Below, in pieces: positions 21,401-33,246 of a DNA stretch of 64,000 bases (the stretch's first letter is position 1; every line of letters starts with the position of its first letter). The notes beneath the pieces were generated by a model. It did not search any database, was not told the origin of the DNA, and worked only from the letters and a program-made list of their open reading frames with translations. Made by a program: the position numbers and the translations under genes. The stretch covers positions 2,418,001-2,482,000 of the forward strand of contig OX337229.1 in assembly GCA_946965045.2 (NCBI GenBank). Direction: 5' to 3'. The stretch is from Epithemia pelagica (lineage: Eukaryota; Protista; Bacillariophyta).

Positions 21401-21909
21401 GTATTCAGGAAGAGGGAGAAGCATGCGATGGAAAGACGTTTTTTGTTGTTGATTCTATACTGCCGTCGACATGCGCCGATTATGGCTTTGTCGATGGAGG
21501 GCAATTGGAATGCTCTGCCAACTGTCAGGTGGTTAGTACCACGGGATGCTTCAAGCGAGTCGCAGAATTTTCGAACTTGTCCAGCGATACAAGAGGTCCT
21601 GCCATTTTCCGACGCGTCTGGGTTGAAGCCTTTCCGGAATCGACCACTGTAAAAGTCATCTTATCATCTTCAACAGGTGGCAACCTCTCCACGGGAGATG
21701 CTGACTTGTACGTCAAGTACGGTTCTCCGGTGTCCACCACCAAATATGATTGTCGTTCTTCCACAAAAGACAACAATGAAATGTGCATATTCTACCAATC
21801 TACCTTGTCGAAGAACGGTGGATTCTTTTTCTATCTGATCAATGCCTTCAAGCCATTCACCAACGTGCATCTGAGAATAGTTGCGGATGGCACCATTCCG
21901 TATTCTTAA
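18450..21909 (+). CDS. Secreted S8/S53-like serine peptidase B with T/P linker, Cys-rich module and PPC domain (introns 19849-19971 and 20780-20869; frameshift at about 20434)
   Basis: Signal peptide. Motifs FLSDS, DEGRAM, VDDI|SYFAEPFFQ, AAGN and LG|TSAAAP. C-terminal CGNGIQEEGEACDG and GDADLYVKYGS..YDCRS. The frame breaks at the C5 run 20434-20438, so this is either a pseudogene allele or an assembly error. Confidence 0.85.
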
Positions 21910-22557
21910 ATTTCTCTTTGGGTCAAACAGAAGAAGATACTGAACATAGCTGAGCCATGTGTTTGCAACAAGCGCTGTTGGCTGTTGCAAGGCTTGTTGA
22001 CAAAGGCGACCTTCAATGAGATGCGTTCTGTTGACGACGCTCAACAATCAGGAAGAGGCGAAACAGCCACGATACCTGAATACAATAAAAGAAGACAACC
22101 ACCAGACAAAAGTCAATCGTGAGACATACTTGGCTCTACACTTTCTTGGTTTTGTTTCACCAGCTGACAGAATTTGTAGCACAAGCCCGATGGTTTGCCC
22201 CTCATATCTCATAATCAAAACAATCCATCAGCAACACATGTCTGCAATTGTCCAAAGAATGAACTGCAAACACACTTTCCCAACACACGTTGCCAAACCA
22301 AACGACAACGCTAGGGAAAATTCCTTCCATTGTCCCCGCCCCAGCAAAGAGCGGTCAACAGATAGGGCCTCTTGAGAGTAAATTAAATCACTGGGAAAAA
22401 CAAGGCTTGCATGCGATAAACAACCTTCCACCAATAACAGAAAAATAGTTTTCATCAATTGACCGACCTACCTTATCATCGAATGGATAGCTCGTCTGAA
22501 AGCCTTTTCTGATGTTGCGGTTGTTCTTCAGTCCTCCATGTCGATTTTTCTGAGTGA

Positions 22558-24856
22558 CTACGGAGGAGCCTTGTGGGTGGAACTGTTGTAGGGTGGTGGA
22601 TTGGTGCTAGTACTTGTGGTTGTTTTGAGGGGCCGTTGCCGCGGTCGAGCATTAAAGCCAAAATTTCGTTTCAAACTGTGTAACCAATCCCAGGAGTGAT
22701 CGTGTCGATTAATTGTGGGTACTGGGTACGGTGACATGCTGACTTCAATGCAATCGCCACGATGCAATGGCTGGCGATGTTTGCCATCAAAGGCGACACT
22801 GGCTTCCGCACGGGCATCGTCAGGAACGACAATGTGCAGGACGACATGATCGGGAAAGACCATACTTCGAAAGGACAAGACATGGGGACATATAGGTGTC
22901 ACCAAAATGCAGGGCACGGCAGGATGGACGACGGACCCTCCGGCCGCCATGGAATAGGCAGTGGACCCAGTTGGAGTGGCAAAGATGATACCATCCGCTT
23001 GCACTGTGGTTAAGTGATGATTGTCGCAAAAACATTCCAATGCGGCCAAGTAGGGAGAAGATCCCCGATCAATCACGACCTCATTCAAGACATTGAATTG
23101 TGCTCGGCAAACACCTTGTCGATTCAAGATACGACAACGCAAGCGCATGCGAATGGACAAGCAAATACTTCCGTCGGGTCCAAAAGCAACGCTGGGGTTG
23201 CTTGCTGTCGTTGTGACAAGAGATGTTGTTGTCGTCAACGAAGACGATGTCGAAGGACCCCATGTTGTTGTCGTCCTAGTCGATGCCTCTGCTGGTCCTG
23301 GTTCACTTTGATGATGGAATGGATCCTGCTCTGAATCATGAGAAGAAGATGACGATGATGTTACCAAACCCAAAGCGACACGAACGGCATCCACCAGTTC
23401 ATCAGGCTATATCCATTCAAAGAAATAGTTGAGTGACGTGTGAGATGTTATTGCGCAAGACAGAAACAGTGGTGAGAACTGGCATTGGCGCAAAAAGTAC
23501 ACTTGCAAAAATAAGCCATGGTAAAATCAAGACAACGCGTACCTGAAACGGCGTCAAGAATCCGAGGGACCCTCCCGCAACACTGAGAATAGGCGGACAA
23601 GGACCTTGAAACAGCATGCCGGCATGCATTAACAATCCATCGCCACCTAAGGTACAAATCAAATTGGGCAACGGAACCGAATCCTCCTCGTCGTCGTCAT
23701 TGTCATTTCTTTCCGCAACATGGTCCTTGTCTTCATTTCGATTCTTTTTGTGACGATAGTAGTTGCGTTCCAATACCTTGTCGGCTTCAAACAAGTGAAT
23801 CCGTCCCTTCATGCCTTGTACACCATAGGCATGTTCCAAGCGGGCCGCTACCGAAGGTTCCAACCAAACGTCAATGCAAATCTTGGGACCCGCATCGTTG
23901 TTCGCAGCACCACCGTCATCATTCGAATTGCAATTGCAGTCTCCAATCCATTCTTGGACCGCTTGTGCGGCGATTTGCAACAAGTGTTCTTCCCCTGCCT
24001 TGATGAGCAACAAGACGGAATGTGTCGTGATAGTCGTGGTGGACGGTACAGGTTCTTCCTGAGAAGGTGCCGTGGGTGGAGGAGGAACCCAGGAATAGGC
24101 GACTTGTCCCGTAGCCGGACCAGTCAAGACAATTTGCGATTCACCATTCTCTGTCGGTTGGACTCGTTCTCGAATGGCATAATGGCATACATCGTCGGAA
24201 TTGCACCAGGACAATTCCAATTGCAGTTGATTCCTGCTATTTTTCTTGTTGTTGTTGCCATTTTCACTGGATAAAGAAAAGGACGACGACATGGATACAA
24301 TAGCACTCGTACAAGCGGGAAGAGTGTTGTTGTTGTTACTCGAGTTGTTGTTTTGTGGGACACCGGTGGTCGACGATAAGAAAGACCCTTCCCATGTGCC
24401 GTTTTGGTTCTCCTCCCTTTCCACGGATCCTTCCGGTTCCAAATCGACCGCAGAGGTGGGAAAACGATATGAAGTACCCTCCATGGTATCGTTTCGGTTC
24501 GGGTTGTTATTCTTGTCCTGAATCGATTCATTGTCGTTCTCCTCATCCGTTTCCTCTGGTTCCACTAGGATAGGGCGACTGCTATAACATCGAGATGAAC
24601 TTGACCCATCACAACGCCTCGAATGAACCAAAACAAACGGTTGTTGTACCCAATCCTTGGTAAAACAACTCATGTGGGGTTTCGGGTGGGTTTGCATGGG
24701 CGTGACAGCAAAGGCGGCCGTTTCAAAGAAATGGCGCCATTGTCCCATACACAGAGACGGCAATGCTACAAGAAGCCATGCATGTTGCGCGGCCAAACAC
24801 CAACAACTAGACGAACCAAACAACCTCTTGTTGCTGTGGTTGTGCCGGTCGGACAT
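22558..24856 (-). CDS. NADK: ATP-NAD kinase, probably organelle-targeted (intron 23407-23542)
   Basis: LGGDG, GGSLGFL, LNEVVI and DGIIFATPTGSTAYSMAAGG motifs. The GT-AG intron joins LTPFQ|PDELVDAV in frame. Confidence 0.92.
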
Positions 24857-25230
24857 GAGCCAGGGAGAAATTTCGTCTTTTTTCCCTCTCTTCCAACCAA
24901 CCGCAGACGATAACCAAATGGTGAATCACTCTGGGGTAGAAACTTGAGGGATCGAATGAGCGTGGGTTCAGATGATGGAGACACAAAAGAACGGGGACGT
25001 GTTTTTTGGGCTCCATGGCCGCCGGGTGTCGAACTGACACTTCAATGTCATCTAAATCAGATAAATTGTCTGTTTAAGATTCTACGGATGTCGGTTGAAA
25101 TAGGGTGGAGGCGGTCTCTGTCTCTCCGTAGTCCGTAGCTGCCGCAGTTGCAGGCGAGTTCGTCACAATCTGAAGAAACATCCACACCACACCGACCGCA
25201 CCATGGTTCACCCGAAAACAATTCCTTCAA

Positions 25231-27102
25231 ATGGCAGATCCTATGACCAGATCGAAGAGAGTGTCTCCTCGGAGCGCACGTGTGGTTTATGCTTCGGCTT
25301 CGGCTGGTAGTAACAGACCGCCGTCGCCTCCAGGCAGACCACCTCTTGCTAGCCCTCAGAGTGGGTGGGCCGCAAGTGACTTGAACGAGGAAGCTTTCCA
25401 GCGTGTATTCCAAGAGAAAGGATTTGATATCGGTATTTCTAAGGAAAAAGCGAAGGATTTTTGTGGCTTTGCAAGCAAGATTCCCCATGATAATCTCCAA
25501 AATGAGGCTATGTTCCAGGATTTTTTTCTTCATGAGCTTGGCCGTCTCTCATCCATCGAGCTTGTACACGAGGAGCAAACCAAACGGAGGAGAATTTCAA
25601 CATCGTCCAGAGGATCACGCGAGGGAACGAGTAGTGGGACCGAAAACTACTCGAGAAAGGAAGCAGCTATTAAAAATATCCTCAACCAGTATAAGAGCCA
25701 CCTTGAGGCAACGAACGTCGAAGAAACTACGAAGAGTTGGTATGAATATCCTCAGGATGTTCGTGGTGGCCTTATTAAAAAGAATTCAAGACCTGATATT
25801 GCGTGTATCAATAATCAAACCGGTACATTGATCGTTGGCGAGCTGAAGAATCGCTGTAAATACCAGCGGAGTGACGCTATTCGTCAATGTGCAACCTACA
25901 TGTATCACATCCTTTGGTGGTTCCGCGTCCAACAACGTCGTGATGTGCGACAGGTGGACGGCTTTTGCGTGTGTGGTCCAAAATGCCGGGAGGCAAAAGG
26001 AATGGTCGTGGTCTCCTTCTTGCGCCTTGGGGTTCCCGAAAAGATTGGAGGACCTCTACCACTTTCGTGTCACCACCAAATACATGAGGCAAATTCGGAC
26101 GAAACGATGATTTCCTTGAGGCAATTGGGTGTTTTTCTGACACGACAACACGAGGGCGCGCAACCAAACGATGCCCTCTTAATTGATTTTGACTTCCCAG
26201 TGCCTGGATCAATGATGTTGCCACTGTCATTTTGTAAATCACAACCGAAACCTTGGTTGCGTGTGGTAAAATCTGGAACGTGTGCTCTTGTATTGCAAAT
26301 CACACGCTCCGACGAGCTAGCTAATGTTGATGTGTACAGCTTCATGAAGGAGAACTTTGGCATGACGAAAGTGGGGTTCAAAGTGTTGAACCGTTCTCTG
26401 GAAAAATTCCAGAACGACGAGTCCATCTACGTCAAAGTGGTCAATCCAGCAGCGGGATCGAAGTGGAACGACAAAGATATGTTTCGTAGTCTACTTTATT
26501 TGCATGGTGAGACTGTCGATCGTGGGCTTGCAGCCTACGAAGAGAAAGGGTACGTCGTTGATAGATACTTTATCACGATCATCATGCATGGCATGGGGTC
26601 GCCCATTGGTAGCCAGGATCTACTCGAATTTGCGCCGTTTTGCTTCGAATTCTTGGGCTTGATGAATCGAACGGAACAGATGTGGAACGATTTCAAAGCT
26701 GTTCACGGGGACATTCACCGACACAACGTGCTCTTTAAAATTGACGCCGAGGAAGGAAAACGGCTGAATCTGATTGATTGGGATGAATGTACTGGCGAAA
26801 CTCCCATGCAGCGACAAGTCACGCAACGTCATCACAAGGAGCGGTATCCAGAGTGCTTCCAAAATGATGGCTTGTCCTTCACTCGAGTACAGCTGTTGGT
26901 TTTGTTTCGAGACTTGGTGTTGCAAGAATATGGCAAGATTGTGTACATGGATGCAGATAAAACCATTACCTTTGTTGACGAGGGATCCAAAGGTGACGGC
27001 GATAAGTTGGTTGTTGGGAATCAGGCCACCCCCGAGCATGTCACATGCTGGTTTGAGGCTTTGAAAGAGGCACTGGCTCAGCAAGCTGCTGGACAGGGAT
27101 AG
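25231..27102 (+). CDS. PD-(D/E)xK restriction-endonuclease-like domain fused to a protein-kinase-like domain (623 aa), intronless
   Basis: Nuclease: RPDIAC..IVGELKN..AIRQCATYM. Kinase-like: IYVKVV, VHGDIHRHNVLF and LIDWD. Confidence 0.72.
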   Translation: MADPMTRSKRVSPRSARVVYASASAGSNRPPSPPGRPPLASPQSGWAASDLNEEAFQRVFQEKGFDIGISKEKAKDFCGFASKIPHDNLQNEAMFQDFFLHELGRLSSIELVHEEQTKRRRISTSSRGSREGTSSGTENYSRKEAAIKNILNQYKSHLEATNVEETTKSWYEYPQDVRGGLIKKNSRPDIACINNQTGTLIVGELKNRCKYQRSDAIRQCATYMYHILWWFRVQQRRDVRQVDGFCVCGPKCREAKGMVVVSFLRLGVPEKIGGPLPLSCHHQIHEANSDETMISLRQLGVFLTRQHEGAQPNDALLIDFDFPVPGSMMLPLSFCKSQPKPWLRVVKSGTCALVLQITRSDELANVDVYSFMKENFGMTKVGFKVLNRSLEKFQNDESIYVKVVNPAAGSKWNDKDMFRSLLYLHGETVDRGLAAYEEKGYVVDRYFITIIMHGMGSPIGSQDLLEFAPFCFEFLGLMNRTEQMWNDFKAVHGDIHRHNVLFKIDAEEGKRLNLIDWDECTGETPMQRQVTQRHHKERYPECFQNDGLSFTRVQLLVLFRDLVLQEYGKIVYMDADKTITFVDEGSKGDGDKLVVGNQATPEHVTCWFEALKEALAQQAAGQG

Positions 27103-27990
27103 GCAGCTTCAATGTTCTCTTTCTAATTTTTCGGAGAAGAATTGGATAATAATATGTATGCGGGATTGTAGCTACTTGCTATGCCTTATCTCTTACTTTA
27201 ACCCTCCTCAAGCTCAAGGTCCAAAACTTTGACTCATCAAAATGTGCTCCTGGAAAAAGTGAATTGCAATGGTCGGAGGGCATTGAAGGAAATTGATGTC
27301 TACAAGATTCCCTATGGGAAAACCAAGGAAGACGCTGCTGCGAATCATCGGAATGGGGCTTCTCATGATAGAAGTTCCTGGTGGACCAGATGTCGTCAGG
27401 CAAATCACGGCCAGCGATCGTGGCATTCCACCTAGCACCACTCCCGCCCCGCCCCGAACATATGATATCTCTCCTGCTGTGACCTCTTCGAAGATAGTGA
27501 GAGCTGATTGACGATATCCTTCAATCTAGTCGAGGACTACAGGCAAAACATTGTACTTTTCGAACTCGTCCTTCGATTTACCATAGCTGCACAAACCGCC
27601 AATGCTCCTCAGGCCTGATGGTAAACACCCAAGGTATACTCGTTGTCCACTCCTATTACTTCTCTATAGAGTACACATGTAAACCAATATGTTTCCTTTG
27701 CCAGATGTACAGAGAACGTGAGCTGAAAGTTGAAACTCCGTCCAGATGTCGTCAACCCACAGCTTTGTCCCAAACAAAATGGTCGATTGATCCAACCTTG
27801 GTGAGACGAATGTAATCATGTTTTCCCATGCACCAAAAGTGGGAATATTCTTTCCCACAGCTTTCACGACAAATGCTGTTGGGAAATTCTACCATGTAGG
27901 TGACCCAATGCACAGACTTCCCTTCGCTCTTTCCATCTTGTGTCAGGTGTCTCATGTGCAACAATTTCCCTTCAGTGGCTGAGCTCTGTT

Positions 27991-30244
27991 CTAATACTTT
28001 TCGGCACCGTGTTGGTCAATATACTTTCTCAATTCGTCGTCCGCGTACACATTGTCGGGGAACATTTCTTCATCCGCCAAGAAGCAATGCAAAATACAGG
28101 TGATGGTCATGTCGTAGACATTAAGGAAAAAGTCGGAAACCCAGTATGACAAGAGAAAAATTAGGACAGTTGGTCCAGCCACGGAATGTAAATCGTCCAC
28201 CAATTCTTGGGTCAAGTAATAATAACCAGCCAGTGTGGTCAAACTGGCAATGAACAATTTGCCAATGACCAACACGGCGGTGGACAAGCAAGAAATGGCC
28301 GCAATGCGATAGACGTTGCGGGTAATGAGATAATATGCCTTGCGGGACGAAATGCAAAAGGGTGTACTGAAAATGGCAGTCTGAATATAGGCATTTTTGG
28401 ATATGAACTGCAAGCACCCTTCCAAACAGGCAAAGCAGCAGGCACACCAACACAAAACACATTGTGCCAGTTTGTTGTTGCTCCGCTTGGCGGCACGTCG
28501 GGCTTTGGCAATTGCCACCCGGATCAATTGTATACTGGCAATCAACAAAGATCCATACGCACAAGTACCAATATGATACCTCACAACTTGCCAAACGGAA
28601 TGAATCACGGACCAACTTCCAATTTTCCATTTTTGACGGGTAAAGTAATACTTGGCCACGGTCAGGGCGACCATGACATCGCCGAGGGCCACAATGAAAT
28701 TGGCTGTCCAAAATAAGCAAAACAAGAAAAACCAGCCACATCGCACGACAAAGGGGGACCATTCGTATTTGCGAATGGCAATTTGCGCCCCCGTATTGGG
28801 CAAATCAATTTCCTTGACCGTCACATCCCCCATGCTTGCCAAATGAACGGCATACCAAATCCAAATCGTGACAAACAGTAACATACCCACAGCTTGCAAA
28901 ATGGGAATACCCAACAACAAAATCATGTGATTGACAGCCTTTCCAGCCGCCTTGACACAGCCAATCGCAATGGAAATTTGTCGACGCAAACAACAAACCA
29001 AAATCAGAAGCGCAAAGCCAACGACCCACAAACAAAAGGCGGCAATCCGAGTAGCCTATGCCATAAATCAATTGAAGAAAGAATCCAAATACCACAATTT
29101 GTCAGTCCAGAGAGAGGAATGCCTCATTGCCACCAATAGAATAGGTACGAACCTTGATGGTAGTGTCGTCCACACCCGTGACTTGATCCAGTTGATTGGA
29201 GGCGGTTGAGGCAGCCGTATTATTGTTCCAAGGATTCCCCGCATCTTGTTCGTCTTGCCACTGTTCGGCTGTTGTATAGGCGTAATAACCACCGACGAAA
29301 AACAAGGCAATCGTGGCGAGGACCGATGTCCACACAATGGTTTTGAGCAACATGGGAATGCGAAGCAAAATGATATAAATCAAACTGAGAACCACGCACA
29401 AGCCAATCCCAAAGGCGACAATTTCGTGTCGAGCCACATACAAATCGGCATAGACGTAGTCATTCAACAATTCGTGCGCGGTCGACACGGGATGGACACC
29501 ACCAAAAACTCCATAGGATTGTGACAGTCGCACGGCTTGATCGTAAATGGCCTCTTCCGCGGCGTTGGTATAATAACAGCGCCACAACCATTCATAGGTA
29601 TCACCAGCATAGTAGGCCATACCAAAGCCTCGGGCAATGCCAGGCGAATTCCACGAAGTTTCAAGACTGGGCCAGCACAAGTCGGACGTGCATTCCAGAG
29701 CATCATCACTAAAATTTGAATAATCTGGCATTTGGATGTAGTCGACGGGCAAGACACTGCCGTTCACTTGATAGACACCGGCATAGGTGACCAAAGTGCG
29801 AACATCAACCGGTTGTACATCAATGAGAGACTCATCGTCGACTCCTGCTTCTTCCTGTTCTTGACGAAGTAGAGACAGAGACTTGGACACGGAGGGACAA
29901 GAGGAAACACACACGCCCCCAGTATAGGAATTGATGTAGTACAAGAGGGGATAGTCGGTCATGTCCACCGGTCCCAAATCGGTGCCACAAATATTGCCGT
30001 CATAGTCGAGGGGATACAACAATCGTCGATAATCGCCCTTGTCCACCACGTAAAGACCAACCACTGTCATGGCGGACCACAAGGCAAACAACAGCAATAG
30101 CATGAACACATCAGTGCAATGCCGATTTTCCAAAGGTCCATCGAAATCGGCTGGTGCCCTCAACGCGCTCCGCTCATCGTCCAAATCATCCTCATCGTAG
30201 TCACTTTCTCGACTTGAGGTACGATCCGCGTAGATTGTCTCCAT
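27991..30244 (-). CDS. Choline transporter-like (CTL/SLC44) membrane protein (intron 29056-29151)
   Basis: NRHCTDVF, RRLLYPLDYDGNICG, GVCVSSCP, FISKNAYIQTAI..FC.SSRKAY and CFLADEEM, with multiple TM helices. The intron restores TTIK|ATRIAAF. Confidence 0.92.
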
Positions 30245-32281
30245 CGTTCCAACAAAAAGGAGTGATTTGGAGAATGATAATGTGATGATCCACAAGAGTA
30301 CTAATAGCGCGCGCCGTCTGTGGTCTTGGAACTCGCAAGTGTTGTTGTTGTGGGTCCTCTCCGAATCACCAAAGATCTCTTTGTGTATCAAGAGTGAATC
30401 TATGGATCACACGTGTGAGTGGTAGGAAACTTTAATTGTTCAGTCAAAACAAAGAGTACGAATTACGAGTATTCGTAGAGAGATGGACGACGACAAGTAC
30501 TCGATACTCGTTTGCCATTTGGGGAAAAGACAAGAACGTCTCTCACTCTTGACTCTTGATCGTCTCCCACCAACTTGCGGGGTGCAAAACATGAAAAATG
30601 TGTTCCCGAGAGAGCGGCAGGCGAGATCTGTGACCCGTGGGGCATAAGAAGAAATGGGACTGTCTCGGATGTGTACGACCGAAACCATCCCTTTTTCTAT
30701 TCGGAAGTAAGGCTGGCGCGGACATTATTTCTACAGGATGAAAATTTTGTATCCGTGCTCATTACGAGTACTCATACACTCGAAGAAGACATTAACGCCA
30801 TTCGTAATCGAGCAGTGAATAGCCCGGTCCCATAAACGGAGCCAACTATACACTGCTCCCATAACTTTGAACTCATCTCTAGCTTGAAATATAGACGTCA
30901 TTCCAAATGTGAACCTATATTATGAAAGTTTAGGAATTTTCAAGCATTTTGATATAAGATAGTGTACAGCAAAAAAACCATCATCATCGTCGTTTTGGCA
31001 CTCGAAGTTGGAGTAAAATTTCACGTTTTCGCGTCACCTCGTCTTGGACCCAACTTTGACCTCCTACAACTCCTCCTACAATCATATTTGAATGCAACCA
31101 GTCTCCATTCTGGCTCATTATATTACCAAGAACAGGTCTGTGTGTTTACATAACATTCCAAAGCACCACTGGCGAGCAATTCACAATTTCCTCTCTCAGA
31201 CCCCTGTTTCTGTGCTTTACAAGCTCCATCCCTTTTTGACGCATTGATCCACTCCTTGGTCAACTGTTGCCCTCACACTCTATCTGCCTTGACCATTTGA
31301 CTCTGTATCTTCCATTCTGACTTTGTTTGGTCTCATTGGACAACAATCCATGCCGTTTTGGTTGTCCTCCGTCATGGTCAGAAACGAGTTATTAAAAGCG
31401 ACTGAGATGACAAAAATCTTAATTCGTAGAAATATTCTAAAAGTTTGGGTTTTAATTCGTGTTAAGGCCGGAGCAGTATATGGGAGCAAACGTACTGCTC
31501 CCATAAGTTTTGAGGGAGCCAACCCGGTTGAGCTTAAAACCCGTTCTTTACGAATGGCGTTAAGATTCATTCCCACCCCGCACGTCCGTGGCCCGTCGCC
31601 TGATAGAAGTGACCGGAACGCGATCAACAGTTAAACTACACTTCGTGACCCAAGCCAACATCGTAGGAGTACTTGCCTACTGACAGCTACTTGACTTGCT
31701 CTCTATGCTGATTGAAATTATGACATTCTACGAGGAAGAAGGATCTACAACTTCTCAACAAACGGTGCAGCACACACCATGGGGGTGGAAAACAACAGAC
31801 TTCTTATGATGTCTTGAGGGTAGCCCCCGACCATTTCACGCTGATCACACGAGTATAACACGAGTGGAAAAACGAAGACAATTGACACACTTAGGACTTC
31901 AGAGAAAACCTGTAGTTCATGAGTTTCATGCTTCTGCAGAAAGCAGAGCTTTCATGTCGAAAATTCTCACGATTCCGCGGGTATCCGATTATGTGGACAA
32001 AGTCCGGTCGGTGGACTCGCAGCAAATTGGAACGGCATCGACCGGTGCGACACCATACCGGGTATACGGACAGACTCTTTGACCGTTAGCTTTGATTTGG
32101 TCATCGAATCTTTCGCCGCTGTTCTCCGCCGCCATGTTCGAGAGATTGGCAATTGGCACGACCACAACGCAGATTTGCAGAGAGAAGTGTGAATCGACAC
32201 TCTTGGGGATAGATATCGGTTCAGCTTTCCTTTTCCATTCATTGACCACGACGAAACTTCGTAAGACTATCAGCAATCACC

Positions 32282-33246
32282 ATGGCTTCGAGCGACGCAA
32301 CGGAAGGACAACAACCCGATCAATACGGACAGCTCCATCCGGTGGAGACACCCGAATTGATTTCGCGCAAACAAGTGGACTTTGAAAGGGAATTGTCCAA
32401 ATTGATGGAAAGTCTGCCGGATCAAGAATTGCATGGTTTGAAGCAGGCTCAAGAAAAATGCCCTCAATTGTTGACAGATGACTTTAAACTTTTGTTTTTA
32501 CGATGTGAAGTATTCAATGCTGATGTAAGTAGATACGGTGCTTGTTACACGACTTTCAAACACCTCGTCTCACATCTGAGGCGTGTCTTGCACATTGTAT
32601 GGTATAGCTGGCCGCCAAACGCTATGTTCATTATTGGGAGAAACGCTTGGAGATTTGTGGTCCAGAGCGTGCCTTTTTACCCCTCACATTGGACAAAGCC
32701 TTGCGGGACGATTGGACTGCCCTGACGATGGGATTTGCACAAGTGATTCCCAATGTTCAGGATCCAAAGGGTCGCTCTATATTGTTCATGAATCCTGCCA
32801 ATCAAGATAAGACCAAATACGATCGCAAAAGCATGGCTCGAGCCGTCTGGTACATGGTACATGCGGCCTTAGTGGACAATCCCGAGGCCCAAAAACATGG
32901 TCTAGTCTTTGTCGGCTATGGTCGGGATGCCAAGTTTTCGCAATTTGATCGTGAGTTGGGCAAACTCAACATGACTAGTTTGCAAGGGGCCATTCCGTTG
33001 CGATTGTCAGCCATGCACTTGTGTCGGCCACCCAGCTTTTTCAAAATCATTTTTGCCTTTATGAAACTCTTCATGAAGGAACGGGTCAAGAAACGCATGT
33101 TGGTGCATTTTGGATCGACGGAGCAAGTGCTGGAAAAACTTGCGGCCTATGGTCTGACCAAGGACGTTTTGCCTACTGAACTGGGTGGAACAGTCAAACT
33201 TGATCTTGTTCAGTGGCTAACGGAACGCAAAGCGCAAGGCAAATAA
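32282..33246 (+). CDS. CRAL-TRIO (Sec14-like) lipid-binding protein (intron 32525-32607)
   Basis: FKLLFLRCEVFNAD|LAAKRYVHYWEKR, DPKGRSILF and LQGAIPLRLSAMHL..VLPTELGG. Confidence 0.9.

Noticed and set aside
27179-27964. Short ORFs downstream of the REase-kinase gene, possibly a decayed element
   Set aside because: No recognisable motif, terminal repeat or consistent frame, so it cannot be supported without a search.
30840-32250. 1.4-kb gene-free, relatively AT-rich interval with ORFs near 100 aa
   Set aside because: No splice-consistent model, RNA gene fold or repeat was recognised. It is treated as divergent intergenic DNA between the CTL and CRAL-TRIO genes.
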